Below, one piece after another: positions 63,809 to 64,000 of a stretch of 64,000 nucleotides of DNA. Numbering within the stretch: the first letter of the stretch is position 1; each line of letters opens with the position of its first letter. A program made the position numbers and the translations under genes. The notes beneath the pieces were generated by a model. It saw only the letters and a program-made list of their open reading frames with translations, was not told the DNA's origin and searched no databases. Source of the stretch: Candidatus Omnitrophota bacterium (GTDB lineage Bacteria > Omnitrophota > Gorgyraeia > Zapsychrales > JANLHA01). The stretch lies in contig JACKFJ010000006.1 in assembly GCA_020632535.1 (NCBI GenBank), positions 28,866 to 92,865 on the forward strand, in the 5' to 3' direction.

Positions 63809-64000
63809 TCACCTTTTTTGTAGAATCAGCTCACCTTTAGTGGCGTCAATTTGAAAAATGAATTTATTTAAAAATGACATTCCCAAGAGCCCGTCGTAAT
63901 TGCCTCCGCTTGTTTGTTCTAATACAATGGCGGGAATATTGGTCGCGGTGGCACCACCGACTTTAAGTTCCTTAAGTATAATAACTCGTCCGGGAACGAC
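63809..64000 (-). CDS. retropepsin-like aspartic protease, C-terminal fragment (5' end outside the window)
   Basis: Translated by hand, not in the ORF track: ..LKVGGATATNIPAIVLEQTSGGNYDGLLGMSFLNKFIFQIDATKGELILQKR*. The DGLLGMSFL motif is typical of the TIGR02281 / clan AA family. Confidence 0.65.
   Translation of the reverse strand, partial: VVPGRVIILKELKVGGATATNIPAIVLEQTSGGNYDGLLGMSFLNKFIFQIDATKGELILQKR

Overview
Gene-dense 64-kb bacterial chromosomal window, roughly 40% GC by eye, with about 62 supportable CDS and 4 tRNAs. I found no rRNA, CRISPR array, transposase, integrase or phage genes. All calls come from reading the ORF translations and the DNA; no searches were run, so family names are motif recognition from memory. 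The organism is probably an uncultured lineage. The pilin-like N-termini (GFTLLELIIVVVIVGVL) and the 'gtcattcccgc..gcgggaatgac' intergenic hairpins are reminiscent of Omnitrophota/PVC-type metagenome bins, but that is a guess.

Layout:
- 63-9621 (+): a 13-gene lipid-modification cluster. It holds two Cfa-type methyltransferases, an FAD oxidoreductase, DUF1365, DUF1295, DUF1475, YceI, lipocalin, a chalcone-isomerase-like protein, an NAD(P)-binding protein and a UV-dimer glycosylase.
- 9711-14980 (+): a CusBA-type heavy-metal RND operon with no outer-membrane factor, followed by DUF2892 and YHS genes.
- 15158-25345 (+): beta-oxidation genes, interrupted by a RumA-like methyltransferase, a ferredoxin and two tandem pilin-like paralogs.
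- 25348-27441 (+): a cNMP-like / degenerate ParA-like / patatin fusion.
- 27520-31822 (+): a heme cluster with an unusual HemC(truncated)-CobA-HemD fusion, then hemB and hemL.
- 31833-35713 (+): envelope-sugar and miscellaneous genes.
- 35882-43878 (mostly -): a molybdenum hydroxylase locus (FAD, 2Fe-2S and Mo subunits, xdhC, mocA).
- 43997-61268 (-): a 17-kb co-directional array. Its genes are a CAAX protease, nadC, valS, cimA, lysC, an ApgM-like gene, coaB, thrC, hom, a PilZ gene, tRNA-Pro, gpsA and a large membrane protein.
- 61304-61822 (-): tRNA-Gly, tRNA-Tyr and tRNA-Thr.
- 61911-64000 (-): an AsmA-like / TIGR03546-like pair and a partial retropepsin gene.

The most unusual signals are non-coding:
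- A 54-bp x3.2 tandem array sits directly upstream of tRNA-Pro. Each unit re-copies the tRNA 5' acceptor strand and carries a segment antisense to the anticodon arm.
- 5'-end fragments of other tRNAs are duplicated upstream of their genes.
- Three families of intergenic hairpin repeats occur. Two show compensatory or G-U-compatible substitutions. One has a conserved core with completely different terminal inverted repeats and abuts stop codons.

No classical defence or mobile system is visible.
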